Source of the DNA: Bdellovibrionota bacterium
GTDB lineage: Bacteria > Bdellovibrionota_C > UBA2361 > JAFLCA01
Length of the DNA stretch: 64,000 nucleotides
Direction of reading: 5' to 3'
NCBI GenBank assembly: GCA_044347745.1
Contig: JBIKUD010000008.1
Coordinates: 26,841 to 90,840, forward strand
Position numbers and translations under genes: made by a program. Shown here in pieces: positions 42,195-52,289 of this stretch (the first letter of the stretch is position 1; each line of letters opens with the position of its first letter). Under the pieces are notes generated by a model that saw only the letters and a list, made by a program, of their open reading frames with translations, did no database searches and was not told the origin of the DNA.

Positions 42195-42485
42195 ATGAAG
42201 CATCTTACGGTTATCGCAACTATCAAAGCGAAACCCGGGCGTGTTGAGGATCTTAAAAGAGAGCTTCTTCGGCTCGTGGCTCCAACGAGGGTAGAGGACG
42301 GGTGTATTAATTACGATCTGCATCAGGATAAAGAGAACCCCGCAACTTTTGTCTTTTATGAAAATTGGACTTCAAAAGAGGCGCTTGATAAGCACCTTCA
42401 AAGTCCACACATTTTAAACTATCTCGAAAGAGAAGATGAGTTGCTGGAAGGCTGGGCTCTTCAAAAATTAGAGAAGTTGCTTTGA
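42195..42485 (+). CDS. ABM-domain (antibiotic biosynthesis monooxygenase-like) protein
   Basis: 96 aa with the pattern KAKPG...F..NW.S.EA...H typical of the ABM fold. Its start abuts the fumC stop. Confidence 0.6.
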   Translation: MKHLTVIATIKAKPGRVEDLKRELLRLVAPTRVEDGCINYDLHQDKENPATFVFYENWTSKEALDKHLQSPHILNYLEREDELLEGWALQKLEKLL

Positions 42486-42802
42486 GAAAAACGCGCTGCC
42501 TGTTCGCCTGGATCTCAAGAAATTTGTGAGTGCTTTTGAGGGTTTGGCTGCCTAATTCTTTTTTGAATATCCGAGAATCAACTCCCGTCTCAAAAGTGCC
42601 GATAAGATATCCATGGGCTCAAATTAGAAGGCCTGCTCTAATTGAACTAATTTTTCTTGGGTAACGAGACCAAGATTGTTACTATGAGGCATATGATGAA
42701 ACTACGGTCGTTACTCAATGCAGTTTTAGAGTTTGTATCCGCAGCCTATTACCACTTGTTTGTTCCGCGAGTCCCCGTCAAAGTGAAGCGACGCTAGTTG
42801 CT

Positions 42803-43396
42803 ATGACTCAACAACCTCTTCAAGATCCTCATCCGTTTGGCGGTTGTAACCGCCTTCTTTCCCAGTACGCTACAGTGGGCTCAGCGCTGCAAAAATATGA
42901 ACATGCTTTGCGTCGAATTGGTACTGCCCAGGCATTCTTACAATTTCGAGAACATGTCAGTTTTGTGCCCGTAGAGGTTTTAGAGTCTTATCTTGAAGAC
43001 TTGCTCGACCTCGATGTTAGTGAGTCAAAATTGTTTATTGAGGCAAAGGCTCCAGGTCTAAGATGGCTTGTGCTTGCGGCCTTAGGACTCTGTGCTGCAA
43101 TTGCAACAGGACTGCTTGCCGCCTCACGAGGGGCAAGCCTTGTAGTTTCTTTTGGACTCACTTTGTTATTGGCTTTTCCTTTTGGCTTGCTTTGGCATTA
43201 TGCCCCTCGCGATGCAGCGGCTCGGCGTATGAGTTTTGCTCAGGTCGTTTCACACGAAGTAGCCCGGCGTCGAGGCAGTGACAAAGAGCCCCGTGACGAT
43301 GTGCGGGCAGGCTTTTTGTTTGGACAATTGTTGGTACAAAAAACCCCCGGTTCGGCTCGATCATCGGCCGCACGTTCGGCCACAATCATCCACTAG
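42803..43396 (+). CDS. Hypothetical membrane protein
   Basis: Two to three hydrophobic segments (WLVLAALGLCAAIATGLLAA, LVVSFGLTLLLAFPFGLLW). Confidence 0.35.
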   Translation: MTQQPLQDPHPFGGCNRLLSQYATVGSALQKYEHALRRIGTAQAFLQFREHVSFVPVEVLESYLEDLLDLDVSESKLFIEAKAPGLRWLVLAALGLCAAIATGLLAASRGASLVVSFGLTLLLAFPFGLLWHYAPRDAAARRMSFAQVVSHEVARRRGSDKEPRDDVRAGFLFGQLLVQKTPGSARSSAARSATIIH

Positions 43397-43615
43397 CCCC
43401 CCTTTTTTTCGCCGGTAGATGTGTTGCTGGCTACGGCATCGCCTCCGCACTATGCTTCGCGATGAAAATTAAACCTGCGCTCAGTAGAATCAAAAAATTG
43501 CTCAGAGTAGTTATCTACAAAAAAGGTCGGCCCTCTGTGTTTCCACAAAGAGCCGACCAGGTGTGCAATGTTAGTCAGGGAATCTTAAAAGCAAGTAATA
43601 ACGAGTAACGTTTCG

Positions 43616-43948
43616 TTACGCTCGCGCTAAATACCAGGGGGCAATTCTGCTCTTTCCGCGTTTTGGCATGGCCTTTACCCGGGAAGAGATAAACTCAGGG
43701 CTTAGATCTAATTCTCTACAGACCCAATTAAAACTGAAAGGGTCTGCGTCTACTCCTTGAGAAGAGCTAAACAGCCAATCTTCCGCTTCTTTGACCTCTA
43801 GGGTGTCGTTGCCCACGTAATCCAAGATAGCGCGCTCGAGAATGGCTGCGAGGAGTCTGCGCTCTGGAGTCCCGGTTTGGTTTGGGATATCGAACACCGA
43901 AGCTCCGTCATCATCCACTATTGGAAATGTCGAAACGTTTGAGTCCAT
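43616..43948 (-). CDS. Hypothetical protein
   Basis: ORF only. 110 aa. Confidence 0.25.
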   Translation of the reverse strand: MDSNVSTFPIVDDDGASVFDIPNQTGTPERRLLAAILERAILDYVGNDTLEVKEAEDWLFSSSQGVDADPFSFNWVCRELDLSPEFISSRVKAMPKRGKSRIAPWYLARA

Positions 43949-44100
43949 AAAACCTTGTTAAGTAATGTGTGTGTTACATAAGATTGACGAAGTGCCGACA
44001 TAAATATTCAGAAAAGTTTTTTGAAAAGCAGCACTTGTCCCTTTTTATGAAAAGATGCTTTGCTTTCAAGAAGTTGTCTATAACACATGGCTTAAACTAC

Positions 44101-44592
44101 ATGAAAAAAATGCTGCTCTTTACTCTATTTCTTCAGTTTGTGGTGCTGCCTGGACTGGTGTGGGCCGAATTTAGCTGCGTGGCTGACATTACCTATTCAT
44201 ATAAAAAGCCCAAAGACGATCAGCCGCTGGTAGTCACCTACGCTACCGTTGAGGCTCGTGGTGCGGACGAGGCAAAAGCTAAGGCTGCGCTCGCCGAAAC
44301 AGCGAGTAGAGAGATTCCAAAAGTCCAGTCGCTTTGTAGGCAACAGCATGAAAATGAGGCGGGTTGTTTGGCGTCAAAATTTGCTGCTTCGTCTCAGAGT
44401 AGGAGTGCTTTAAGTTTTACTGCTCGAAAGGCAGTAGAGGATGCCGTGATAAACGATTGCAAAGCGCAGCAAGGTGTTTGCGGGGCGACGGTAGTTACTG
44501 AGGCTAAGTGCAGCGAGATTGCTGCCGCTGCCCCAGCAGCCGAGCCTGTAAAAGACGGGAAAGCAGGTAAAGAAGAAAAAAAGAAAAAATAA
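44101..44592 (+). CDS. Hypothetical secreted protein with a Lys/Glu-rich C-terminus. The start is taken at MKKMLLF.
   Basis: Signal peptide MKKMLLFTLFLQFVVLPGLVWA, Cys pairs, and a KAGKEEKKKK tail. Confidence 0.4.
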   Translation: MKKMLLFTLFLQFVVLPGLVWAEFSCVADITYSYKKPKDDQPLVVTYATVEARGADEAKAKAALAETASREIPKVQSLCRQQHENEAGCLASKFAASSQSRSALSFTARKAVEDAVINDCKAQQGVCGATVVTEAKCSEIAAAAPAAEPVKDGKAGKEEKKKK

Positions 44593-44691
44593 CTATCCTG
44601 ATTCAGTTTGATTTGGACAGCTTTGCCAAAGCCTCCACTGGAACTCAGTCGCTCCATTTTTTTGGTTCATCGATTATTGGCGGTGAACTTC

Positions 44692-45957
44692 TTAAAGTGA
44701 GGAAATTAAATTTTGAGCTGCCTCTACTTCGGTAAGATGCTCGAACGCTCGAGTTCCTGATTGAAGCTTGCCCTGTTCTGCCTGTAATTCTCCCTTAGTG
44801 TTCATGCACAGGGGTGCTTCTGGAAAAGCCTCACGGGCCCCAGCCACTAAAGCAAAAAGTGCAGGATCGAATGAAGGTTCTTGCAGGGTCGATACGGGAA
44901 CTTTAAGAGCTCGTTTGTGAAGTTGAGCAAGGTGGGTCAGGCCCAAACGATATAACTTCTGAAGTCCCAAATGCTCAAAGATGGTGAGGGCAGGCAAGGA
45001 GAGCTCGCGCTCGAGTATTTCAATGCCTATATTCATTGCTCCTTTCACCTTTGAGGCAAGCAGTTTTACCTTTTCGAGCTCATGGAACGGAACATTCCAA
45101 CGAATGAGGGCCGCGTTTAATACATAACTAAGCTCTCCCTCCAGTTCCTCTGTGTGTGCTCGAGATTTGAAAATTTCGTCAATGTGGGGAGGCAAATGTG
45201 CATCGTAGATGAGCGGGGAGATGTTTTGGATGTCTTGAATAATTAAGCGCTTCTGATTGAGTTTTATTTCTTCAGTGCAAGCTTTGGTGCTTAAAGGAGC
45301 ATGCACCTGGAAAGCTAAATCTTTCTCGGGAATGCCCTCAGAAATAAGACGTTTCTGTCGCTCAGAGTAAGACTCCTCTTCGAGCATTGAGGGTGTTGCC
45401 ACCCCGGGAATTGCGAGGATTTGATAAAATAGTTCTGCGTTTGTTTCAAAGATAAGAGCAAGCAGTCTTGTGAGATGGAAATGTTTGGTACCCTCTTGAA
45501 TTGTCACCTGAATCCAGGTGTGACCCTGGTCCGGCGTGTAAAACCCAGGGCCAGGGGGGTTCTCAGTCTTTTCGCTGAAGACCTGTGTTTGCACATGTCG
45601 CGAAATGATGAGCGCAACAACTTTGAGGTCGAAACATCGAATGAGTTTTTGTAAAACCTCAAGGCCGTGATCTTCGTCGGCAATGCCTAGCCATTCCCAG
45701 AAACGCTCCTCAGCAAATTCGTCGTTTTCCCAGCAATCAAAATCCAACATCAAGCGACACTGTTCGGCGCTAGCGGCCAGAATAATATCGGCGCAAGAGC
45801 TCACTCCCAGGTGCTTTACTCCTAGGAAAAGAGTTTGCGCTGGGAGGGCGCGGATTTGCTGCTCATTTAAGTCAGCTTTAAATAGATGATTTGCAAACTT
45901 TTGAATGCTGACATTTGCAATATCGCTAATGAGAAGTGGGCTGCTCATAAAAGGCAA
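44692..45957 (-). CDS. Hypothetical protein (421 aa)
   Basis: Long ORF with coding-like composition. I recognised no motifs. Confidence 0.4.
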   Translation of the reverse strand: MPFMSSPLLISDIANVSIQKFANHLFKADLNEQQIRALPAQTLFLGVKHLGVSSCADIILAASAEQCRLMLDFDCWENDEFAEERFWEWLGIADEDHGLEVLQKLIRCFDLKVVALIISRHVQTQVFSEKTENPPGPGFYTPDQGHTWIQVTIQEGTKHFHLTRLLALIFETNAELFYQILAIPGVATPSMLEEESYSERQKRLISEGIPEKDLAFQVHAPLSTKACTEEIKLNQKRLIIQDIQNISPLIYDAHLPPHIDEIFKSRAHTEELEGELSYVLNAALIRWNVPFHELEKVKLLASKVKGAMNIGIEILERELSLPALTIFEHLGLQKLYRLGLTHLAQLHKRALKVPVSTLQEPSFDPALFALVAGAREAFPEAPLCMNTKGELQAEQGKLQSGTRAFEHLTEVEAAQNLISSL

Positions 45958-46074
45958 TTTCCAATAGTAAACCTATTACGCATGGGAGAAAGTAAGGGGC
46001 CATCTGCTCTCTTTGGCTGCAATCTCAAGCTCAGAGAGAAGGCTAACTTTCCCCACGCGGTTGGCTCTACGGAG

Positions 46075-46725
46075 TTACTCACCAACTTTTGCAGGAGCTG
46101 GTTTTACTGGGCTTCCCTTAGCTGCTGGTGCGCCTTTTGACGGAGCAAAAACAATATGAATTTGTCGTCCGAACGCTGGCGATTTTTCATCAACCACGGC
46201 GATATCAGCGAGTCTTTGCGAAATAACATCAAATTTCTCTAAGCCAAGGTTTATGTACATGGCTTCTCGGCCCTTAAAGCGCATCGAGAATTTGACTTTA
46301 TTTCCTTCCTCGAGAAAATCTCTTGCTTGCTTCAACTTGGTCTCAAGGTCTCCGGTGTCAGTGCGGTAACGGATTCTTAATTCTTTGAGAGCGCTTTCAT
46401 GATGCTTTTTGCGAGCCTCAGCTTCTTTCTTCTGTTCGCGATATTTAAATTTGCCGTAGTCCATTAGGCGGCATACGGGTGGCTTTGCATCAGGAGAAAC
46501 TTCTACGAGGTCCATGCCAACCGTTTCTGCTCTTGTGAGTGCGTCGCGCAATGAAACTATTCCTGCTTGTTCGCCAGTTTCCGTGATGAGGCGAACTTCG
46601 CGAGCAATAATTTTATCATTGATGCGGTGGGTGTCAGGGGTTTGAGGGGGGCGACGAAATTTGCCGCCGCGATCTCCGGGGCCGGATCCTTGGAACGTAC
46701 TCAAAAATAACTCCTTATGAAACAA
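46075..46725 (-). CDS. infC: Translation initiation factor IF-3. The ORF as drawn probably over-extends the N-terminus, and the C-terminal tail is unusual.
   Basis: INDKIIAREVRLITETGEQAGIVSLRDALTRAETVGMDLVEVSPDAKPPVCRLMDYGKFKY... is canonical IF-3. The tail is AAKGSPVKPAPAKVGE. Confidence 0.85.
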   Translation of the reverse strand: MFHKELFLSTFQGSGPGDRGGKFRRPPQTPDTHRINDKIIAREVRLITETGEQAGIVSLRDALTRAETVGMDLVEVSPDAKPPVCRLMDYGKFKYREQKKEAEARKKHHESALKELRIRYRTDTGDLETKLKQARDFLEEGNKVKFSMRFKGREAMYINLGLEKFDVISQRLADIAVVDEKSPAFGRQIHIVFAPSKGAPAAKGSPVKPAPAKVGE

Positions 46726-47128
46726 GGTGTTGGTTACAATCTATGGTCTAAGAATGCCCGTCTTGCTCGATAAAATCAAGTAGTTACAGGGTTTTGATGT
46801 TTAGCCATTCGGAGCGAACTCTGTAGTAACATCGGTTAGTTGCAAAGTTTACTCAAACCATGGCCTTAAGGCTTCACTAAGTCGCATTCTTGGGCTATCC
46901 TATTGGCACTTGTCGCTCTTTGGGCTGCTTAACCATAGGCCCGTTCACTTTCTTTAGTAGTTTCAGACTTTAGTAGTTGTTTTTGCGCTTTATGCTGCTT
47001 ATCTAAGAAATAAGCTGAAGCGCCTGGCCGATTTGCTCGGATGTAGCTTCGGACCAAAAAATACGTGTGAAATGGACTTTTCGCACAAGGTTGCTGGTGG
47101 AATAGCAATCGTGGGGGATAGATAAGAT

Positions 47129-48463
47129 ATGGATATCAATACAGAGACATCGAATGTTCAGTCACGGCCAGTATCTAGGGGCCCATCTACTTGGGCTGGT
47201 TTGGTCCTTGTCGGTCTAAGCTCGCTATTCCCAGGCGAAAGTGCGCTTGCTCAGTCTGGCCCGCGCGATAAAGATGGTGGCGCGCTTGCTTCAGCCCCTG
47301 CTGAGGTTAAAGTGCTTAAGGCCGAGGCTAGTAACATGAAGCCAGCCTCAAATGTTTCTGAGCCCTCTCCGTGGGGTCAAATGCTTTCTGAGCCGAAAGC
47401 TCCTTCGGCAGATCTTAAATGTAACTATAAAACTGTGCTCATTAGATATCCTGAAGGAGCTGATGGGTGGGTTGATGCAGCGAAGGCCACCATTGACTGC
47501 ACCGTGCAAGAGCTTGCGAAGTTTGGAGTAAAACTTGCTCCTGGGATAACTATCCATCTTGTTGGAAGTCAAGAGGAGTATGACCGCCTTGTCAGTGATT
47601 CTGGGAAGGGCGGAAATGGGCGTTGGATTGCTGGTGGCGATAAGCTCATTACCTATCACGGACCGACTGTTACCTCTGCCTTCATTATTGATGTTGCGCG
47701 TGGTATCTCAGGAATCTCCACGTATGCGCATCAAGGTGGGCAGGAAATGACTTTGCCGCAGTGGCTGATTGATGGCATTCAGAATTGGGCCATACTTGCG
47801 AACGCCGCAAGGGTTAGGGGGGTAGGATTTAACGAGACCCCTGAGTATGAGGCCTCTATGGGCCGAGTACTTAATGTAATGGACCGCGACGATCGCCCAG
47901 CAGTGCTTCAGATCTTGGCTGACAAGCAAAGAAACGAGAAGTCAGGCCCAAATGAGATTAGCATTAACGTCCTCGTGCTTAATTCTATTTTGCCATTCTT
48001 GGCTCCATCTTCCCTTGAGAAGGGCGGAGCAGCAAAAGTGAAAGCTTATGGGGAGATGTTTGCTACCCTTGTTAAAGCTGAAAAAGATGGCAAGGAGCTC
48101 AATCCGCAAGAGTTAAGGCCGGTAGCTCAGACACTAGTAAAAGTCTTAAAGATTGAAGAGTGGTTTAAAGAGGCTTCAAAGGACAAGGCTAATCATGAAG
48201 TGTGGAAGAGTTATGGCTTAGATGTTAACTCTCCCGAATTTAAGGCAGCTTTGAAGGATTCGAAGATCGAGCCTCCAAAGGCTGGCAAAGAAGATGCTAG
48301 CGTGCCGCTGCGTTATGCAGGTGGAAAGTGGGCAGCGCTCCTGGAGGTTTATTTCGCTGACCAGGCCGCAAAGACTAAAGATCACCTTAAGTCCCTGAAG
48401 ACTAGAAATGTTGCAGCCGCGGTTCCTGTTCCTGAGAAGCAGGATGGTTCTGCTAAAAAGTGA
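47129..48463 (+). CDS. Hypothetical secreted protein
   Basis: 444 aa with an N-terminal hydrophobic stretch (AGLVLVGLSSLFPGESALA). Confidence 0.4.
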   Translation: MDINTETSNVQSRPVSRGPSTWAGLVLVGLSSLFPGESALAQSGPRDKDGGALASAPAEVKVLKAEASNMKPASNVSEPSPWGQMLSEPKAPSADLKCNYKTVLIRYPEGADGWVDAAKATIDCTVQELAKFGVKLAPGITIHLVGSQEEYDRLVSDSGKGGNGRWIAGGDKLITYHGPTVTSAFIIDVARGISGISTYAHQGGQEMTLPQWLIDGIQNWAILANAARVRGVGFNETPEYEASMGRVLNVMDRDDRPAVLQILADKQRNEKSGPNEISINVLVLNSILPFLAPSSLEKGGAAKVKAYGEMFATLVKAEKDGKELNPQELRPVAQTLVKVLKIEEWFKEASKDKANHEVWKSYGLDVNSPEFKAALKDSKIEPPKAGKEDASVPLRYAGGKWAALLEVYFADQAAKTKDHLKSLKTRNVAAAVPVPEKQDGSAKK

Positions 48464-48543
48464 TGCCATAAGTTCATAGCGGACCGCCGCTGCGGAAGCG
48501 CTTAATAGATGGGTGCTTCCGCTCAGGATAGCTTCTCGGCTGA

Positions 48544-50043
48544 CTATCTGACCTTGAGGCGTCTTTTTAGGTAAGAGCGCTCTTCCTTATCAGTCAAAAA
48601 GGCCAAGTACCCCGTACAAAGCAAGGCGGCGCTTATTGTGTTGCTGACTAGGAATCCCATCCATGACGTCCCCGGAAATACACTTTGAGTAAGTGAGAGA
48701 GCCACGCAGTAGGTGAGGAATAAAGGCAATAAACAAAGAATAGAATGACTGATGTATTGCAGCATCGAGATACTTAGTTTTCTGCAGACGTAAAACGGAA
48801 TGTAGAGGCCTCGAATAATTATTGCTGGGGCTAGAGTCCCTAAAGCGATACCTTCTATTCCGTGCCTGTGGGCGAGAATATAAGATGAAGTGAGGGCAAG
48901 AACTGCTTCTAGGGCAAATAAAAGTGAAGCGATGCGATGCTGCGCAGTTGCATAAAGATAATAGGTAAACACCACTCCTGGCAGCACTAAAATAAAGGGA
49001 GCCACCAATATTTTGAGAATCACACTAGACTGAGCAAAGTCAGAGCCCATCCAAAGGGCAAGAAAGTCCTGCCCTGTAATCCAAATTGAAACGCCTATGG
49101 CTAGGGCAAGGAAAGCTGAGTACCTGCTCCATTTAAGAAGTAGTTTTGAGATTTCGGCATTTTTGCCCTCGGCATGAAGTGCAGCAAATCGCGGGGCTAA
49201 AAGTCCATTTGAAGACTCGGCCAAAGAGCGAATCTGGTCGATGATAATCACCGGAATTGCATATACGGCTGCAGCAATTGGACCAAATAGCGCCCCAGCC
49301 AAAATTGAATCAGCTCGATAGAGCAGGCGATAGGCTGCTTGTTGCAATCCTGACCAGCGACCGTACGCCAAAAGATCTTTGAAGTAGCTCGGGGAAACTA
49401 ATCTTATTTTAATCTGTTTTGTTGAGTAGTATTTGTTGCATAACCAGATCAGGCCCAGACGTTGAACCGTCTTTGCGGCAAAGGTTGCGCTTGCTACTCC
49501 CAGCAAACCAAAACCTGAATTGAGAGCAAGGAAGGTAAGTAGCGCGTATAAGCACATTCGACTGACGTTGAGCATGTTGATAGCGTCAAAGCGTTCGCGG
49601 GCGCTCACGCTGCTTTCAAAAAATCCAAAAAACACATCGCAGGCTGCGTCGATTGCAGCAATGAGAAAGGCCACCTGGCTTATAAAATGCAGGTGCGCTG
49701 GCACAGCAAAGAGGGAATTAAAAAATGGGGCAAACAAAACGAGAGCTAGGCCGGCGCTCATTCCGCAACACGCGAAAAGGACCAACGCGCTTGAGAGAAA
49801 TCGGGAAAGATTTGCTTCTTCACCTTGGGGAAAATATTTGACGCAAAATGCTACGACCGCATGTTTGGCCCCAAGGTCAAAAATAATTGATTGCGCGGTA
49901 ATTGAGACAATTAGTGACCAAACCCCATATTGTTCTTTGCCTAGCTGTCCCACTATGTAGGGCGAAATGCAAAATCCGATTGCTATCGTCAGGGCGAGCC
50001 CGAGCCAATTGGCTATTAAACTTCTCAATAATGATGCCGACAT
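48544..50043 (-). CDS. MOP-superfamily polysaccharide/oligosaccharide flippase (Wzx-like)
   Basis: 499 aa with about 12-14 TM segments. The architecture is typical of polysaccharide-biosynthesis transporters. Confidence 0.55.
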   Translation of the reverse strand: MSASLLRSLIANWLGLALTIAIGFCISPYIVGQLGKEQYGVWSLIVSITAQSIIFDLGAKHAVVAFCVKYFPQGEEANLSRFLSSALVLFACCGMSAGLALVLFAPFFNSLFAVPAHLHFISQVAFLIAAIDAACDVFFGFFESSVSARERFDAINMLNVSRMCLYALLTFLALNSGFGLLGVASATFAAKTVQRLGLIWLCNKYYSTKQIKIRLVSPSYFKDLLAYGRWSGLQQAAYRLLYRADSILAGALFGPIAAAVYAIPVIIIDQIRSLAESSNGLLAPRFAALHAEGKNAEISKLLLKWSRYSAFLALAIGVSIWITGQDFLALWMGSDFAQSSVILKILVAPFILVLPGVVFTYYLYATAQHRIASLLFALEAVLALTSSYILAHRHGIEGIALGTLAPAIIIRGLYIPFYVCRKLSISMLQYISHSILCLLPLFLTYCVALSLTQSVFPGTSWMGFLVSNTISAALLCTGYLAFLTDKEERSYLKRRLKVR

Positions 50044-50114
50044 GCCCCAATTTTCCTTGAAATTTCTGGCTTTCGATAGTCGGTATTAAATTGACTTCGC
50101 CTCACGCGCTTGTT

Positions 50115-50270
50115 AACAAAAGGGTAGTTAAGTTCAAGGGAAGAACGGTGTAATTCCGTCGCGGTCCCGCCGCTGTATAAGGCGTATCTAGCTCCAATAC
50201 GACCACTCCTGCATATCTTTGGTAGGGGGAAGGTCGGAGCTTCCTTTAGCCTCAAGCCAGAAGACCTACT
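50115..50270 (+). ncRNA. Cobalamin (adenosylcobalamin) riboswitch leader
   Basis: It matches the consensus core: aagggaagaacggtgtaattccgtcgcggtcccgccgctgtataagg, then a B12-box-like gaccactcctgca...ggtagggggaaggtcgg. It lies just upstream of the TonB-dependent receptor gene. Confidence 0.8.
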
Positions 50271-50321
50271 TAGCTGTGTGAGTTGATTTCTCCCTCGTGG
50301 ATTGGGGTTTAATCACACTAT

Positions 50322-52289
50322 GTGTCTATATACATATCTTTTGGAGGCTCTATGCCATCCCGCCTTTCGTGCTGCGCGTTAGTTTCGTTGCTAATGCCGG
50401 TTAGTTTAATTCATGCCCAAGAAAATGTTCCCGTCCAAAATGATCAACCAAATGCTTCAAGCCGGCGCGTTGTAGTCACTGCAACCCGCACCGAGGTAGA
50501 CCGCGAGCGAGTTGCAAGTTCAATATCGGTAATTGACTCCGAAACCATTCAGCGAAGTGGTGCTGTGACAGTTGCTGATTTGTTGCGCATCGTTCCGGGA
50601 GTGGATGTGGTGCGTTCTGGGCCAGTTGGTGGCAATGTGGCGGTATTTTTACGGGGCGCGAATTCGGAACATACCCTCGTGTTGATTGATGGAGTTGAGG
50701 CCAACGATCCCATTTCACCTACACGAGTGTACAATTTTGCTGATTTTCCAGCCGAAAATATAGAACGTATTGAAATATTGCGTGGGCCCCAAAGCACTCT
50801 CTATGGCTCCGATGCTATGGGCGGCGTCATCGCCTTATTCACCAAAAAAGGCAGCAAAGGCACTCAGGCATCATTGAGCTTTGAAGGAGGCTCATACAAC
50901 ACATTCAAAGAGACTGCTGAGCTTTCTGGGGCAGCCACTCAGTTTAACTATTCTCTTAGTGCCCAGCGATTTGACACGGGGGGTGTCTCGGCTGCCGATA
51001 GGAGAGATGGAAACAGGGAAAAAGATGGGTATGAGCGAAATTCCTTTTCGGCAGTCCTTGGTGCTGAAATAACAAATAACCTTCGCTCAGATTCTACTTT
51101 CCGTTATCTAGCTTCTGAAGCTGAGCTTGATAATTTTGGCGGCATTGGAGCAGATGATCCTAACCGAATTCTTGAGCGAGAGCAGCTTTTTGCGCGAACT
51201 GCACTGAGTGGCACCGTATTACATCCTGATTTGACACAGACCCTAGGCGTAAGTGTAAGTCATCAAAACTTTGAGGATAATAATGATCCTGACGTGCTTA
51301 ATCCGCTTGATTCGCTTAGATCAAGTTATACAAGCAGGCTTCTTAAGTTCGACTTTCAGAATGAATTCAAAGCTTCAGAGGCTGTCAGCATAGTTGCTGG
51401 ATTAGAAACGGAAGATGAACGTGGAAGTTCAGCTTATTCTTCCGATGGGTTTTTTGGACCATTTGAGAATAATTTTGATTCCGCTGATGCACGCACAAAC
51501 TCTGCGTACCTCAATTTCCTACTGCACGTAGGGAGCGGTTTCTCTACCTCAATAGGTGCCCGTGTTGACGACCATTCTCGATTTGGTTCTGAGGAATCTT
51601 GGAAATTAGCCCCGGCATACATGTTTTCCGAGACAAATACTCGTGTTTTTGGTTCGGTTGGAACTGGATTTAAAGCTCCTTCCCTCTTTCAGTTGTACTC
51701 AAGTTATGGAAATCCCGATTTGAAGCCAGAAGAAAGTTTGGGATGGGATTTGGGAATTGAGCAACAGATAGGATCTGACGGGGCCTCGGCGTCGCTGACC
51801 TATTTTCATAACGATTTTGATGAGCTGATCTCGTTTAACCCCAACACATTTGTTTCTGAAAATATTGCGAGAGCGAGAACTGAGGGTGTTGAGTTTGCCT
51901 TAAAAACTCCGTTAATTGAAGGCGTACATGCCACTACTTCTTATACCTACACGGATACAGAAGACCTTGATTTAAGGAGCTCCCTTTTAAGGCGTCCACG
52001 CCACAAAGCAGCCCTCGAATTAAGCGCGCAAGCGACCAAAGACCTTGCGTTTGATGTCGGTGCGACCATGGTTGGTAGAAGCTTTGATAATGATTTTTCT
52101 ACCTTTCCAGCTTCGCGAGTGGCGCTCGGATCGCATACGCTTGTACATGCGGGAGCCAGATATACGCTGTCTGAAAACGTACAGCTTTTTGCAAGAGTTG
52201 AGAATCTACTCGACAAATCCTATCAGCGAGTTTTAGGCTATGGCGAGCAAGGGTTGGCTGCTTTTGGGGGCCTAAAAGTGAAACTCTAA
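50322..52289 (+). CDS. btuB: TonB-dependent outer-membrane receptor, likely a cobalamin transporter
   Basis: Signal peptide, a TonB-box-like RRVVVTATRTEV, a plug domain, and a C-terminal beta-barrel ending in ...LKVKL. It is preceded by the cobalamin riboswitch. Confidence 0.8.
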   Translation: MSIYISFGGSMPSRLSCCALVSLLMPVSLIHAQENVPVQNDQPNASSRRVVVTATRTEVDRERVASSISVIDSETIQRSGAVTVADLLRIVPGVDVVRSGPVGGNVAVFLRGANSEHTLVLIDGVEANDPISPTRVYNFADFPAENIERIEILRGPQSTLYGSDAMGGVIALFTKKGSKGTQASLSFEGGSYNTFKETAELSGAATQFNYSLSAQRFDTGGVSAADRRDGNREKDGYERNSFSAVLGAEITNNLRSDSTFRYLASEAELDNFGGIGADDPNRILEREQLFARTALSGTVLHPDLTQTLGVSVSHQNFEDNNDPDVLNPLDSLRSSYTSRLLKFDFQNEFKASEAVSIVAGLETEDERGSSAYSSDGFFGPFENNFDSADARTNSAYLNFLLHVGSGFSTSIGARVDDHSRFGSEESWKLAPAYMFSETNTRVFGSVGTGFKAPSLFQLYSSYGNPDLKPEESLGWDLGIEQQIGSDGASASLTYFHNDFDELISFNPNTFVSENIARARTEGVEFALKTPLIEGVHATTSYTYTDTEDLDLRSSLLRRPRHKAALELSAQATKDLAFDVGATMVGRSFDNDFSTFPASRVALGSHTLVHAGARYTLSENVQLFARVENLLDKSYQRVLGYGEQGLAAFGGLKVKL

